From the NCBI GenBank assembly GCA_016176465.1, contig JACOXD010000003.1, positions 1,824 through 65,823 of the forward strand: 64,000 nt of DNA, written 5' to 3'. Within the stretch, counting starts at the first letter, position 1. Each line of letters opens with the position of its first letter. Shown here piece after piece: positions 18,447-27,314 of this stretch. The translations under genes were made by a program, and so were the position numbers. Source of the stretch: Candidatus Daviesbacteria bacterium. GTDB lineage: Bacteria > Patescibacteriota > Microgenomatia > Daviesbacterales > UBA10151. The notes under the pieces are model-generated. The model was given only the letters and a program-made list of their open reading frames with translations. It was not told where the DNA came from and did no database searches.

Positions 18447-20186
18447 TTATTTTTTAAATTGCATTTTATACATCTCTTTTAACTCTTTAACGGTAGTTGC
18501 ATCTTCTGCTACCTTGTCTTTTTCTCTAAATTTAACTAGCCTTGGAAATCTAAGGGCATAGCCTATCCCATCTTTATCTTTACCTGCACTATGGTTTGGG
18601 GATCTGGTTATTTCATCTGCTAAAACTTCAATTACAATTTCTGGTGCTATCCAAACAGAAGGTTCTAAAATAGAGTTGACTCTGGCAGGTTTTTTATCTA
18701 CCTTAATTTTATCTGCCCTCTTGTGAATCTCTCTCCATTCTTCATCCGTTAAACCTGTACCAATTTTGGAAACAGTTACAAATTCATCTTTTTGAGAATC
18801 ATAAACTCCAACAAGCAGTGCTCCTGCACCAAAGGATGCTCTTTTACCCCTACCATAGATATATCCCAAAATTACACAATCTATTGTATCTTTAAGCTCT
18901 CCATCTGAGTGTCTTTTTAGTTTTACCCAATTAAAATTTCTTGCCCCTGCCTCATATGTTGAATCCACTCTTTTTGCAATTATACCCTCTAAACCTTTTG
19001 TTAAAGCATCTTGAAAAAGCTCATTTAACCTTCTAATATCTGTCACAACTTCTCCAGGTTGTGGAATTAATACTTCATCCCCTTTAATGTTTTTTTCAAG
19101 AATTTTGATTCTTTCTTCTAGTGTCTCATCTATCAAAGATTTCCCATTTAGATACATTGCGTCAAAAACAAAAGCCCTAAGTGGAAGCTTTTTAGCCATT
19201 TCTTCTATGCCGTGTTTTCTTCTACGTTTTGTAGTTTCCTGAAATGGTAAAAATTCTTCAGACTCTGGATTAAAGGCTAGGGCTTCTGAATCAAAAATAG
19301 CTGAGTTGGCTTTAACTTGAGAGAGCACACCTTTAATAATATCAGGGAACATATGTGTTGTTTCCTCCAAATTCCTTGAAAAAAGTCTTACATCATTACC
19401 CTTTTTGTGAATTTGTACTCTAAAGCCATCGAATTTTTGCTGGATATGGGCGCGACCGCCAAATTTTTCCATTATTTTCTCAGCACTAGGCAATCTTTCA
19501 GCAAGCTGAGATCTTAATGGCTTTCCTACTTCTACTTTTAAATCCTTTACCCCTTTTAAGCCCTTTTTCCAAAGCGTTTCTCCAATTAACCCTAAATCAG
19601 AGACTTTATTATATGCTCCCTCCAAAAGTTTACGTTTTGATTTGTCCCCTAATTTTAGTTTTGCAAAAGAATCTAAAATTGTTGGATCACCAATGCCCAA
19701 TCTTGAGGTGCCCAGAGGAACTCTTATTAAATGCTTTGCCTCAATTGTGCTTGATTTTTTAAGTAAATCAGAAAGTGCTGAAACTTTATTTTCAACCGTG
19801 CCATCACCGGAAAATTTAGCGATTTTTAAAAGAGATTCAAAAACTTCTGTGACTGTCATCCCCGATTTAATCGGGGATCCATGTTTTTTTGAAGCGAGTT
19901 CCTCCGCCACAGATCCTAAATCCCCAACTCTTCCATATTTTTCCAAAACCTCTTCTCTATCAACGTTATATGCTCTGGCTATAGCAGCAGCAACCGACCT
20001 CTCCGCCATCCCTATCTCAACTGCCTCATAAAAAGGCCCTACTCTTCCTTGAAGTAAATAACTTACCATCGCAATCTCTTCTTTTTTAACCCTTCTGAAA
20101 AGCTCTCCTAAAATCTCAATCAATTTAAGTCTAGAGGAAGTTTCCTCTAACTTTTCAAAATACTCTGCTAATTTAGAAAAAGTCAT
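18447..20186 (-). CDS. lig: ATP-dependent DNA ligase (Lig1/Cdc9/archaeal type)
   Basis: KFDGFRVQIHK, FSRNLE, LEGIIAK, WVKLK, ALRFPR. Confidence 0.95.
   Translation of the reverse strand: MTFSKLAEYFEKLEETSSRLKLIEILGELFRRVKKEEIAMVSYLLQGRVGPFYEAVEIGMAERSVAAAIARAYNVDREEVLEKYGRVGDLGSVAEELASKKHGSPIKSGMTVTEVFESLLKIAKFSGDGTVENKVSALSDLLKKSSTIEAKHLIRVPLGTSRLGIGDPTILDSFAKLKLGDKSKRKLLEGAYNKVSDLGLIGETLWKKGLKGVKDLKVEVGKPLRSQLAERLPSAEKIMEKFGGRAHIQQKFDGFRVQIHKKGNDVRLFSRNLEETTHMFPDIIKGVLSQVKANSAIFDSEALAFNPESEEFLPFQETTKRRRKHGIEEMAKKLPLRAFVFDAMYLNGKSLIDETLEERIKILEKNIKGDEVLIPQPGEVVTDIRRLNELFQDALTKGLEGIIAKRVDSTYEAGARNFNWVKLKRHSDGELKDTIDCVILGYIYGRGKRASFGAGALLVGVYDSQKDEFVTVSKIGTGLTDEEWREIHKRADKIKVDKKPARVNSILEPSVWIAPEIVIEVLADEITRSPNHSAGKDKDGIGYALRFPRLVKFREKDKVAEDATTVKELKEMYKMQFKK
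19854..19881. repeat. In-frame palindromic insertion in lig
   Basis: tgtcatccccgatttaatcggggatcca, encoding GSPIKSGMT. Confidence 0.8.
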
Positions 20187-20189
20187 AAT

Positions 20190-20759
20190 TTATTCAAGAT
20201 ATACTGTTAATCTTTTAGCCCCCTCTCTACTGTCAGGTAATGCTTCCGCAGTATAATGGATTCCAAGTCTATCATAAAGATTTATTGCCGCGGGCCGGGC
20301 ATTTGTCTGATAAATTTTAATTCCCAACCTCTTTAAGGTTTCAATTCTAATTCTTAAGATTTCTGTCCCAATACCCTGTTTTTGAACATCGGATCTTACA
20401 CTAATAAAAGTTTCATTTAGGGAATCTAGAGCACTATGAGGTGTTTTATTTATAACGACCATGCTATATCCCATTAGTTCACCCTGTTGATCCCTTGCTA
20501 AGACTATAGATGCAGGATTATTGTTGAGTTTTGCAGTTTTTACAGCAGTCAATGCTTTGCTATTTACATAGGCTGTTTCCCAGCTATCTTCCCATTTTTC
20601 AGTTTTACCTTCCACTTCCTCTAAAGCTAAGTTTATTGATTTGTCACTAAATTGACGTAAATCTTCTAGATCTTGATCAGTGATCTCCTGCGCTCCCTTT
20701 ACTTGAAATTGTATGCGGGTCAGTAACTCACTATTTTGCGGACTAGACTCATCAACCAT
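20190..20759 (-). CDS. GNAT family acetyltransferase
   Basis: SVRSDVQKQGIGTEIL acetyl-CoA motif A; AAINLYDRLG. Confidence 0.75.
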   Translation of the reverse strand: MVDESSPQNSELLTRIQFQVKGAQEITDQDLEDLRQFSDKSINLALEEVEGKTEKWEDSWETAYVNSKALTAVKTAKLNNNPASIVLARDQQGELMGYSMVVINKTPHSALDSLNETFISVRSDVQKQGIGTEILRIRIETLKRLGIKIYQTNARPAAINLYDRLGIHYTAEALPDSREGAKRLTVYLE

Positions 20760-20806
20760 ATTACTAAAGAGAAGTTGATTATATAACGAAAATCTTCAAA
20801 TATTAC

Positions 20807-21883
20807 CTACTTTAAAATATATATAGCTCTTTTAGTCCCCCCTACTTTTTTAAGTAATCCTTTTTTCCTTAAAAATCTAAGTTCCCTTAAAACTGTATCA
20901 TCTGAGAAATCTGGAAAGATTTTTCTAAAATCTTTATTCATCATTTTAGAATGGCGGTGTAAATACTCCATTATTGCCATTTGCCTTTCATTTAGTTCAA
21001 CCTGCTCTCCTAATTTATCTTTAACATGAGAATCAAGGGAAATTTTTCTGACCCTCTCTTTAATTCTATTTAACTCAATTGCCACCCCTTCTACAAAATA
21101 TTCTATCCAAGGAGTTAAATCCCGTTCATGAATATCTAAAACTAACTGATTAGAAACAGCTTGCAGTGTTAAGTAATAATCCATTGGATTAGAATCGAAA
21201 TATTCCTCAAATGAAAAAAACTTTCTGATATCGTATCCATCTAAAAATAAAATTAAGGTCGCAACAGCCCTAGCTGCCCTGCCATTACCATCCACAAAAG
21301 GGTGAATCCTGGCTAGTTCATAGTGAATAATTCCAGCTTTTACCACAGGATGTACATCCTTGCATTCGTCTGAGTTGATCCAATTAATTAAATCCTCAAC
21401 CAAATATGGTACTTCTGCTGCTGGAGGAGGAGTGTAGGAAATAGTTCCTGTTTTAGTATTTTTGATTACTACTTGTTTAGACCTAAATTGACCTGATTGT
21501 TCAGGAGCCAAAATTCTCTCTGTTGTAATCCGATGAATTTCAAGGAGTGTTTCAATTGTTAAAAAATATGGAGTTCCTGCACCAATTTTAGATGAGATCT
21601 CATCAATAAATTTTAAAACATTTCGATAGTTTATAACCTCTTGGATATCCCGCTCTCTGGCAATTACTTCTCTACCCTCTAAGACATCAATGACTTCTTC
21701 CTCGGATAACTTGTTACCTTCTAAATGAGTCCCATGGTGAATTGTTCTTTCAATTGCTTCTTTCCTAAATTTTGCTTCCCAAGCAGGGATTAAAGGAGAA
21801 TTTAAAATTACCTCCCTTGAGGCCTCGATTATTCCTATATTTTTTAAAATTTTATTAGTAATAGTAAATTTTGTTATAAACAT
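20807..21883 (-). CDS. Fic family protein with C-terminal winged helix
   Basis: HPFVDGNGRAAR; N-terminal GTHLEGN resembling the inhibitory motif; LNERQ...DTVLRELR wHTH. Confidence 0.92.
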   Translation of the reverse strand: MFITKFTITNKILKNIGIIEASREVILNSPLIPAWEAKFRKEAIERTIHHGTHLEGNKLSEEEVIDVLEGREVIARERDIQEVINYRNVLKFIDEISSKIGAGTPYFLTIETLLEIHRITTERILAPEQSGQFRSKQVVIKNTKTGTISYTPPPAAEVPYLVEDLINWINSDECKDVHPVVKAGIIHYELARIHPFVDGNGRAARAVATLILFLDGYDIRKFFSFEEYFDSNPMDYYLTLQAVSNQLVLDIHERDLTPWIEYFVEGVAIELNRIKERVRKISLDSHVKDKLGEQVELNERQMAIMEYLHRHSKMMNKDFRKIFPDFSDDTVLRELRFLRKKGLLKKVGGTKRAIYILK

Positions 21884-21886
21884 AGC

Positions 21887-22603
21887 TTAATTTTGCCTCT
21901 TTAAACTTTTAGTTTTCCAAAATCTCATCAAGAAAATTCCCGCTATAACTATTATAAAGAATAAAATAGTATAGCGGATCAAAAGTAGGAGTAATATTTC
22001 TCCAAATATATAAAAAATCACTCCCCAGATACTCATCCAAAAAAGGGTTGAAATTAAAGACAGAGTAAAAAAATTATAAAATTTCATACCAGCTGTACCA
22101 GCAGCTAAAGATAAAAATGAGGCAATTGTTGGATTAATAAAGCCTAAAATTAACCCCCTATAGCCTAATTTATTCAGTTGATCCTCTGATGTTTGCAAAA
22201 AATTTTTATAGCCTAGTTTTTTGACAACTTCACCAAAACCATAATAACCTAATATATAATCTAAACTATAGCCTAAAACTACACCTGATGAGGCAGATAA
22301 AATAGATAAAGTTAAATCAACTTGACCGGTTCGCGCAAAGATTGCACCCATTGCCATGCCCAAAGTTCCAGGTACAAAAAAATTAACCAAGACTGAAGCT
22401 TCAAGTAAAGCTGAGGTAAAGATTATTTGATAGCCAAAGCTTTCATATAAATGCCCAAAACTTTTTACTACCTCAGATGCAGTTGGAAAATAACCTCTGG
22501 CAATTATTAAAAATACAATATATATAGTGAGTAAAAGAAGCGGTAGTATTAAATCTCCTTGAAAGATTTTGGCCAAAAAGGAACTTTTAGTATTCTTTTC
22601 CAT
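21887..22603 (-). CDS. DedA family membrane protein
   Basis: Multi-TM; LEASVLVNFFVPG, AAGTAGMKFYNF. Confidence 0.75.
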   Translation of the reverse strand: MEKNTKSSFLAKIFQGDLILPLLLLTIYIVFLIIARGYFPTASEVVKSFGHLYESFGYQIIFTSALLEASVLVNFFVPGTLGMAMGAIFARTGQVDLTLSILSASSGVVLGYSLDYILGYYGFGEVVKKLGYKNFLQTSEDQLNKLGYRGLILGFINPTIASFLSLAAGTAGMKFYNFFTLSLISTLFWMSIWGVIFYIFGEILLLLLIRYTILFFIIVIAGIFLMRFWKTKSLKRQN

Positions 22604-22645
22604 TGTATAATCAGTTGATTATACAATTCCTGCAGAATTACCGCA
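22602..22645 (-). promoter_or_regulatory. Sigma70-like promoter (TTGCGG-N17-TATAAT) overlapped by a 12-2-12 palindrome
   Basis: attgtataatca-gt-tgattatacaat at 22602-22627 covers the -10 and the dedA start codon. Confidence 0.6.
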
Positions 22646-22648
22646 AAA

Positions 22649-23071
22649 TTACCTCAGAGATCTCTCCTTTGTCTGTACGTGTCCATTTGTTGGATAGCCC
22701 TCCACCACAACTAGCCTATCCTCAGGTATGAACTGGGTAGCATCTGCCTGATGCGAAAGAAGTACTCTCCTCCTCTTGATTAGTTCCACCACTTCTAAAA
22801 TCGGTCTACCATCGCTATAATACCTAAATTCTTCGGGGGTTGCTAACTTACGATCATCCGGCGATATTAACTCATAAATAGAAGGTCGAGGTAATCCACT
22901 AGTTCGTCTAATACTGTCAATTACCTCCTTGAGTGATCTACCATCATATCTACCGAATCCACCGGTTAATACCTTAAGAGGTATCGGATTAGGGTTTCTT
23001 ATAGCTTCCAATGCATTTCTTTGTTGCTCTGTTAATCCTGTTGTTCCATCCTTAACTTCAACTGCAGGCAT
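22649..23071 (-). CDS. Hypothetical protein
   Basis: 140-aa ORF directly downstream of pyrB; no motif recognised. Confidence 0.55.
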   Translation of the reverse strand: MPAVEVKDGTTGLTEQQRNALEAIRNPNPIPLKVLTGGFGRYDGRSLKEVIDSIRRTSGLPRPSIYELISPDDRKLATPEEFRYYSDGRPILEVVELIKRRRVLLSHQADATQFIPEDRLVVVEGYPTNGHVQTKERSLR

Positions 23072-23086
23072 CTTTTTTACCTTTAA

Positions 23087-24028
23087 TTAAATCCTTCCTA
23101 AAACTAATGCTAGTAGTGCTTCTCTAATATACATCCCATTTCTGGCCTGTTTAAAATAAATTGCTTTGGGATTTGAATCTACCTCTGGATCCATTTCATC
23201 AACCCTAGGTAGTGGATGCATTAAAATACTATGCTTGGGCAATATATCCATAGTAGCCTTATTAATTAAATAAGAGAACTCTTTAACCTTTTTCTTCATA
23301 TATTCTTTGGGGATTCGACCGGCGTAAACCACATCTGGTTTAATCTGCTCTAAAGTTTTATCTAAATCTTTCATATTGATTGCAAGATCGTTATAACTTT
23401 CACTTTTAAACTGATTGTCCATCTCTAAACCAGCGGGAGAAATGCCAAATATTTTATTTTTGGCAAATTTAAATAAAGCAACTGCTAAACTTCTCATGGT
23501 GCGATAATGTTTTGGATCGCCTACAAAAGCAACTTTTAATCCCTCAAGTCTTTGAAAAACTTTTTGAATGGTATAAAGATCAAGCAGGGTTTGGGTTGGA
23601 TGCTGATTAGGACCATCACCGGCATTGATGACTGGAATTTCAGCGATATCGGCAGCTCTTTTTGCAGATCCGACCTCAGGATGTCTGATAATTAAGACAT
23701 TAGCGTAGGATTCCATAATTCTAATTGTGTCATTAAAGGTTTCCCCTTTATGCATTGAAGTTACATTTAAGTCGTTAAACCCAATGACTCCCATTCCTAT
23801 TTTTTGGGCGGCCGATCTAAAGGATTGTTCAGTTCTGGTTGATGGTTCAAAAAAAAGATGAGCTGCAATTTCACCTTGAGCTATAGTGTAGTTAGATCTT
23901 TTAGACCTTTTTAAAAAATCCGGATCAAATTTTCTGGCTATTTTTAAAAGAAAAAGCAACTCCTCTTTTGAAAAATCATTAATATCTATTATGTCCCTAC
24001 CTTCAAATGCCTTCGATAGTTTCACCAT
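23087..24028 (-). CDS. pyrB: Aspartate carbamoyltransferase catalytic subunit
   Basis: FFEPSTRT, IRHP, INAGDGPNQHPTQTLLD, MHPLPR. Confidence 0.96.
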   Translation of the reverse strand: MVKLSKAFEGRDIIDINDFSKEELLFLLKIARKFDPDFLKRSKRSNYTIAQGEIAAHLFFEPSTRTEQSFRSAAQKIGMGVIGFNDLNVTSMHKGETFNDTIRIMESYANVLIIRHPEVGSAKRAADIAEIPVINAGDGPNQHPTQTLLDLYTIQKVFQRLEGLKVAFVGDPKHYRTMRSLAVALFKFAKNKIFGISPAGLEMDNQFKSESYNDLAINMKDLDKTLEQIKPDVVYAGRIPKEYMKKKVKEFSYLINKATMDILPKHSILMHPLPRVDEMDPEVDSNPKAIYFKQARNGMYIREALLALVLGRI

Positions 24029-24083
24029 ATCTTTTTATCGTTAAAGTATCTGCAAAGCCTGTTGCGAAAATGCCAAAAATCCT

Positions 24084-24107
24084 AAAAAAAACCGCCTCCT
24101 CGGCGGT
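24084..24107 (-). terminator. Intrinsic terminator in the pyrB leader (candidate attenuator)
   Basis: ACCGCC-GAGGA-GGCGGT followed by a T tract, about 55 nt upstream of the pyrB ATG and downstream of TTGACA-N18-TAAACT (24193-24164). Confidence 0.75.
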
Positions 24108-24236
24108 CAATATTTATTAAATCAATCAAGTATTAAATTTTTGATACATTTTACTTAAAGGTAAGTTTACAAAAAAAATAAACTCTCTGTCAAGTAGTTT
24201 TTTGCAATCAAAACAATAATTTATTAAAATCTTGGC

Positions 24237-24436
24237 ATGGCACAAAAAGAAACCCAAAAAGAGAAAGCTTTTCACCAACAATTAATAACTCAACTTATAA
24301 CTTTATCTACCTCAGGGAACCTAGTATTCCAGGTTCAGGATTAATCTATAAACTGCTCTATGCTCTTTTGGTAACACTTTTAGCAGTTTTCATTACTTAT
24401 CAGTTATCTCGTTTAGCTGCCCGTTTTCAACACTAA
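24237..24436 (+). pseudogene. DUF5654-like small membrane protein with internal deletion and frameshift
   Basis: MAQKETQKEKAFHQQLITQLITLSTSG in one frame, EPSIPGSGLIYKLLYALLVTLLAVFITYQLSRLAARFQH* in another; the family core FGLVAALAWN is missing. Confidence 0.6.
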
Positions 24437-25505
24437 AAATATTTGCCTCTTTCAGCTTATCTTTCAAATAATAATCCAATTCTATAGCAGTAATTATAGT
24501 TTGTTGTAACTCAGTTAAAGCAATTACATGCTCTCTATGATTTAAATCTAACTCAGAGAATACATCATCCAAAAGTAAAATAGGACGCTTACCTAAAATT
24601 TTTTCTACAAATGAAGCTTCAGCTATTTTTAGATCTAAAACTGCTGTCCTTTGTTCTCCTCTAGATCCAAAATGCGCTAGGTCTTTATTTTCTCCATTAT
24701 CTAGTGCAATAAATTTGAAATCATCCCTGTGCGGTCCTATCAAAGAAGAAGCAGATGCTATTTCTCTTGGAAGATACTCCTCTAACCTTTCTTTTGAAGT
24801 TTCACTTTTTAAATATTCAAACTGATAATCTCCAAATTTTTTCTCAACACTGTTAATGAATTTAAAAAAATCTGCCCTCTTGAGAGTAACAATTTGCCCT
24901 AAATTAATTTGTTGGTTTAGCCAAAAAGTTAGCTCATCCATTTTGCCAAGCCCTTCTTTAATTTTTTTTAAGATTCTATTTTTTTTAATTACAACTTCTT
25001 CATACTGCGTTAAAACTTTTTTATACTCCTTATCAATTTGGGCTAAAGTTAAATCAATATGCCAGCGCCGCAAAGACGGGGCTCCTGTAACTAAATTAAT
25101 ATCTTCAGGTGAAAAACTAACCACAGCTAAATTTCCAATATAGTCTAAAATTCTTTTTGGAATCTTATTTACCTTTACTCTTTTTGTTAATCCTCTTTGT
25201 TTATCCTGAGGGCTTCGACTGAGCTCAGCCGAATGTCCGGAGCCGAAGGACATCATTACAATTTCTAAAGATGTTTTATCTTCCAACTCCCCCTCCACCC
25301 TTAAAACAACTTGTCTTTTTTTAATTAACTCCTCATCTTTATCCGCTTTAGGGGATTTCGTAGTTGCTAAAAAATAAATGCTTTCCAAAAAATTAGATTT
25401 TCCCTTTGCATTATCCCCAACTAAAATAGTTAAGGGAGATTTAAATTTAAAATCCAATTTAGAATAAGTTCTAAAATTAGTAAGTTTTAGAGAATTTAAA
25501 AACAT
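24393..25505 (-). CDS. recF: DNA replication and repair protein RecF
   Basis: NFRTY, GDNAKGKSN, GPHRDD, GSRGEQR, LLLDDVFSELD. Confidence 0.95.
   Translation of the reverse strand: MFLNSLKLTNFRTYSKLDFKFKSPLTILVGDNAKGKSNFLESIYFLATTKSPKADKDEELIKKRQVVLRVEGELEDKTSLEIVMMSFGSGHSAELSRSPQDKQRGLTKRVKVNKIPKRILDYIGNLAVVSFSPEDINLVTGAPSLRRWHIDLTLAQIDKEYKKVLTQYEEVVIKKNRILKKIKEGLGKMDELTFWLNQQINLGQIVTLKRADFFKFINSVEKKFGDYQFEYLKSETSKERLEEYLPREIASASSLIGPHRDDFKFIALDNGENKDLAHFGSRGEQRTAVLDLKIAEASFVEKILGKRPILLLDDVFSELDLNHREHVIALTELQQTIITAIELDYYLKDKLKEANIFSVENGQLNEITDK
25202..25251. repeat. In-frame nested palindromic insertion in recF
   Basis: tatcctgag[ggcttcgactgagctcagccgaatgtcc]ggagccgaaggac, encoding SFGSGHSAELSRSPQD. 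Confidence 0.75.
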
Positions 25506-25506
25506 C

Positions 25507-26874
25507 CTACTTTTCCCAGTGTCCCAATCCTAAAAATTCCCTTACTTTAAAGGGTAAGTGTTTTTTCTCAAAATAAAAATCTGGTTTTAAAATTAAAAGT
25601 CCAAATAAAATTATAAATCCTCCAATTCCAATAAATATAGGAATTGTCCCTACTTTATCCGCCACTACTCCTGTTAACAAAACAGGGATTAAAGATAAAC
25701 CAGACATTAGGGCAATTAAAGCACCATATACCTTTCCTCTATTTTCCTCAGGAGTATTTTGCTGCAGTACGGTTTGGGATGGAATAATAATAGCAACTAC
25801 CGCAGCGCCTATTAGAAAAGATCCCAAAGACATCACTCCTGATAAAAAAGGCTGGGAGAAAAAAGGTGCTGGTTGAGTAGGAATATATTTAATAGCAGGA
25901 GAAAGTAGTGGAACTAACCCAATTAGAAAAAGGAATAACCCTCCTGCCAAAATTGCTCTTCCAACCAAAATTCTTTTTGGAAAAAAATGACCAAACTTTC
26001 CAATAAGGAATGCTCCTAAAACAGTACCCAAACCTAACGGTAATATAACAATATATGATGCATCTGTGGCACTTACCTTTAACCTAGTTTCTAAGAAAGC
26101 GGGCAGTAATGTAGCAGATACACCAATCACAGTTTGGACACCAGCTAAGATAATAATAGAGTATAAAACAGCTAATTTCCCTTTAATCATTTGGAGGGTT
26201 TTTTTAATTTGAACAGTTGAGTGATCAAACAATTTAGCTAAATTTCTTTTTTGAATATCTTTGATTAGTCTTTTATTATATGAATCTGCCTTGGCAGTAA
26301 TGGATGGAAACTTCAGCGCTAAAATAAAGGCTATTACTAAAGAGACTCCCCCGATTATAAAAACAAAATCAATTCCCAAGTATACAATTATTGGACCGGA
26401 AAGTCCAAAACCGATTAAAAACATGGCAAAAAGTGTAATAGAAAATAAAGAATTGGCCCTGAAAAATTGATTTGGTCTAACTATTAAAGGGAGTGCTGAT
26501 GATTCAGCAGGAATATAAAATTGAACTAAAGAATTTACTAAAAAAACCAAAATTAAAATAGCCGGGAAATAAAACTTAAGGAACAAAAATAAAAAAAATA
26601 GTATAGCTAGTAAAATATCAATAGATAAAATAATTTTTTTACGATCAATTAAATCAGCTAAAACACCAGAGATCACTCCAAATAAAGTGGCCGGTAAATA
26701 GATACAAAAAAGTAGTGCAGCAACTGCTAGATTAGAACTTGTTAAATAATATACCCAAAAAAGGAGGGCAAAGTTTAAGCTATTTTGAGAAAATTGGACT
26801 AGGATTTGATTTAACCAAAGATTTAAAAATCCCCTATTTTTAAGTACCGGGCTGAAAGATTGAACATTTTCCAT
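25507..26874 (-). CDS. MFS transporter
   Basis: About 12 TM; GVLADLIDRKKI motif A; QQNTPEENRGKVYG. Confidence 0.88.
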   Translation of the reverse strand: MENVQSFSPVLKNRGFLNLWLNQILVQFSQNSLNFALLFWVYYLTSSNLAVAALLFCIYLPATLFGVISGVLADLIDRKKIILSIDILLAILFFLFLFLKFYFPAILILVFLVNSLVQFYIPAESSALPLIVRPNQFFRANSLFSITLFAMFLIGFGLSGPIIVYLGIDFVFIIGGVSLVIAFILALKFPSITAKADSYNKRLIKDIQKRNLAKLFDHSTVQIKKTLQMIKGKLAVLYSIIILAGVQTVIGVSATLLPAFLETRLKVSATDASYIVILPLGLGTVLGAFLIGKFGHFFPKRILVGRAILAGGLFLFLIGLVPLLSPAIKYIPTQPAPFFSQPFLSGVMSLGSFLIGAAVVAIIIPSQTVLQQNTPEENRGKVYGALIALMSGLSLIPVLLTGVVADKVGTIPIFIGIGGFIILFGLLILKPDFYFEKKHLPFKVREFLGLGHWEK

Positions 26875-26934
26875 ACTGGATTTTTTATTGTCTTAAAATT
26901 TTGGAAGCTTTGGTATTGGGGTATTTTAGCACTT

Positions 26935-27279
26935 CTAGAATAAGCCAGCTCTACTTGCAAAAAGTGATGCCCGGCATACAGCAGACACTGCTCTTTCTGG
27001 CAAATTCTGAAGACTTGCAAGTAATGGCCTCAAAGTTGATGTAGGTTGCCCAAAAAGCTCATTTATAATCTCATCTACAGGAGGTAAATCTTCCTCTTTA
27101 ATAAAAGGAAGATCTATTTTTTTGATTCCATTTGTAGGATCCCATAAACTGGAATCAACCATATCTTTTGGATCTTGTGTAGATGAAGCAAACCCTTCTA
27201 TTTTCAATTCCCTAACAACCGGTCCCATACCCGAGAAAACTCTAGCTATTGTTTCTCCATCTTCCATAATAAATGCCAT
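26935..27279 (-). CDS. Hypothetical protein
   Basis: 114-aa ORF filling the gap between GT4 and MFS. Confidence 0.5.
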   Translation of the reverse strand: MAFIMEDGETIARVFSGMGPVVRELKIEGFASSTQDPKDMVDSSLWDPTNGIKKIDLPFIKEEDLPPVDEIINELFGQPTSTLRPLLASLQNLPERAVSAVCRASLFASRAGLF

Positions 27280-27314
27280 ATATATTTAGTCTAAACCCTA
27301 ATATCCTTTTTCTG

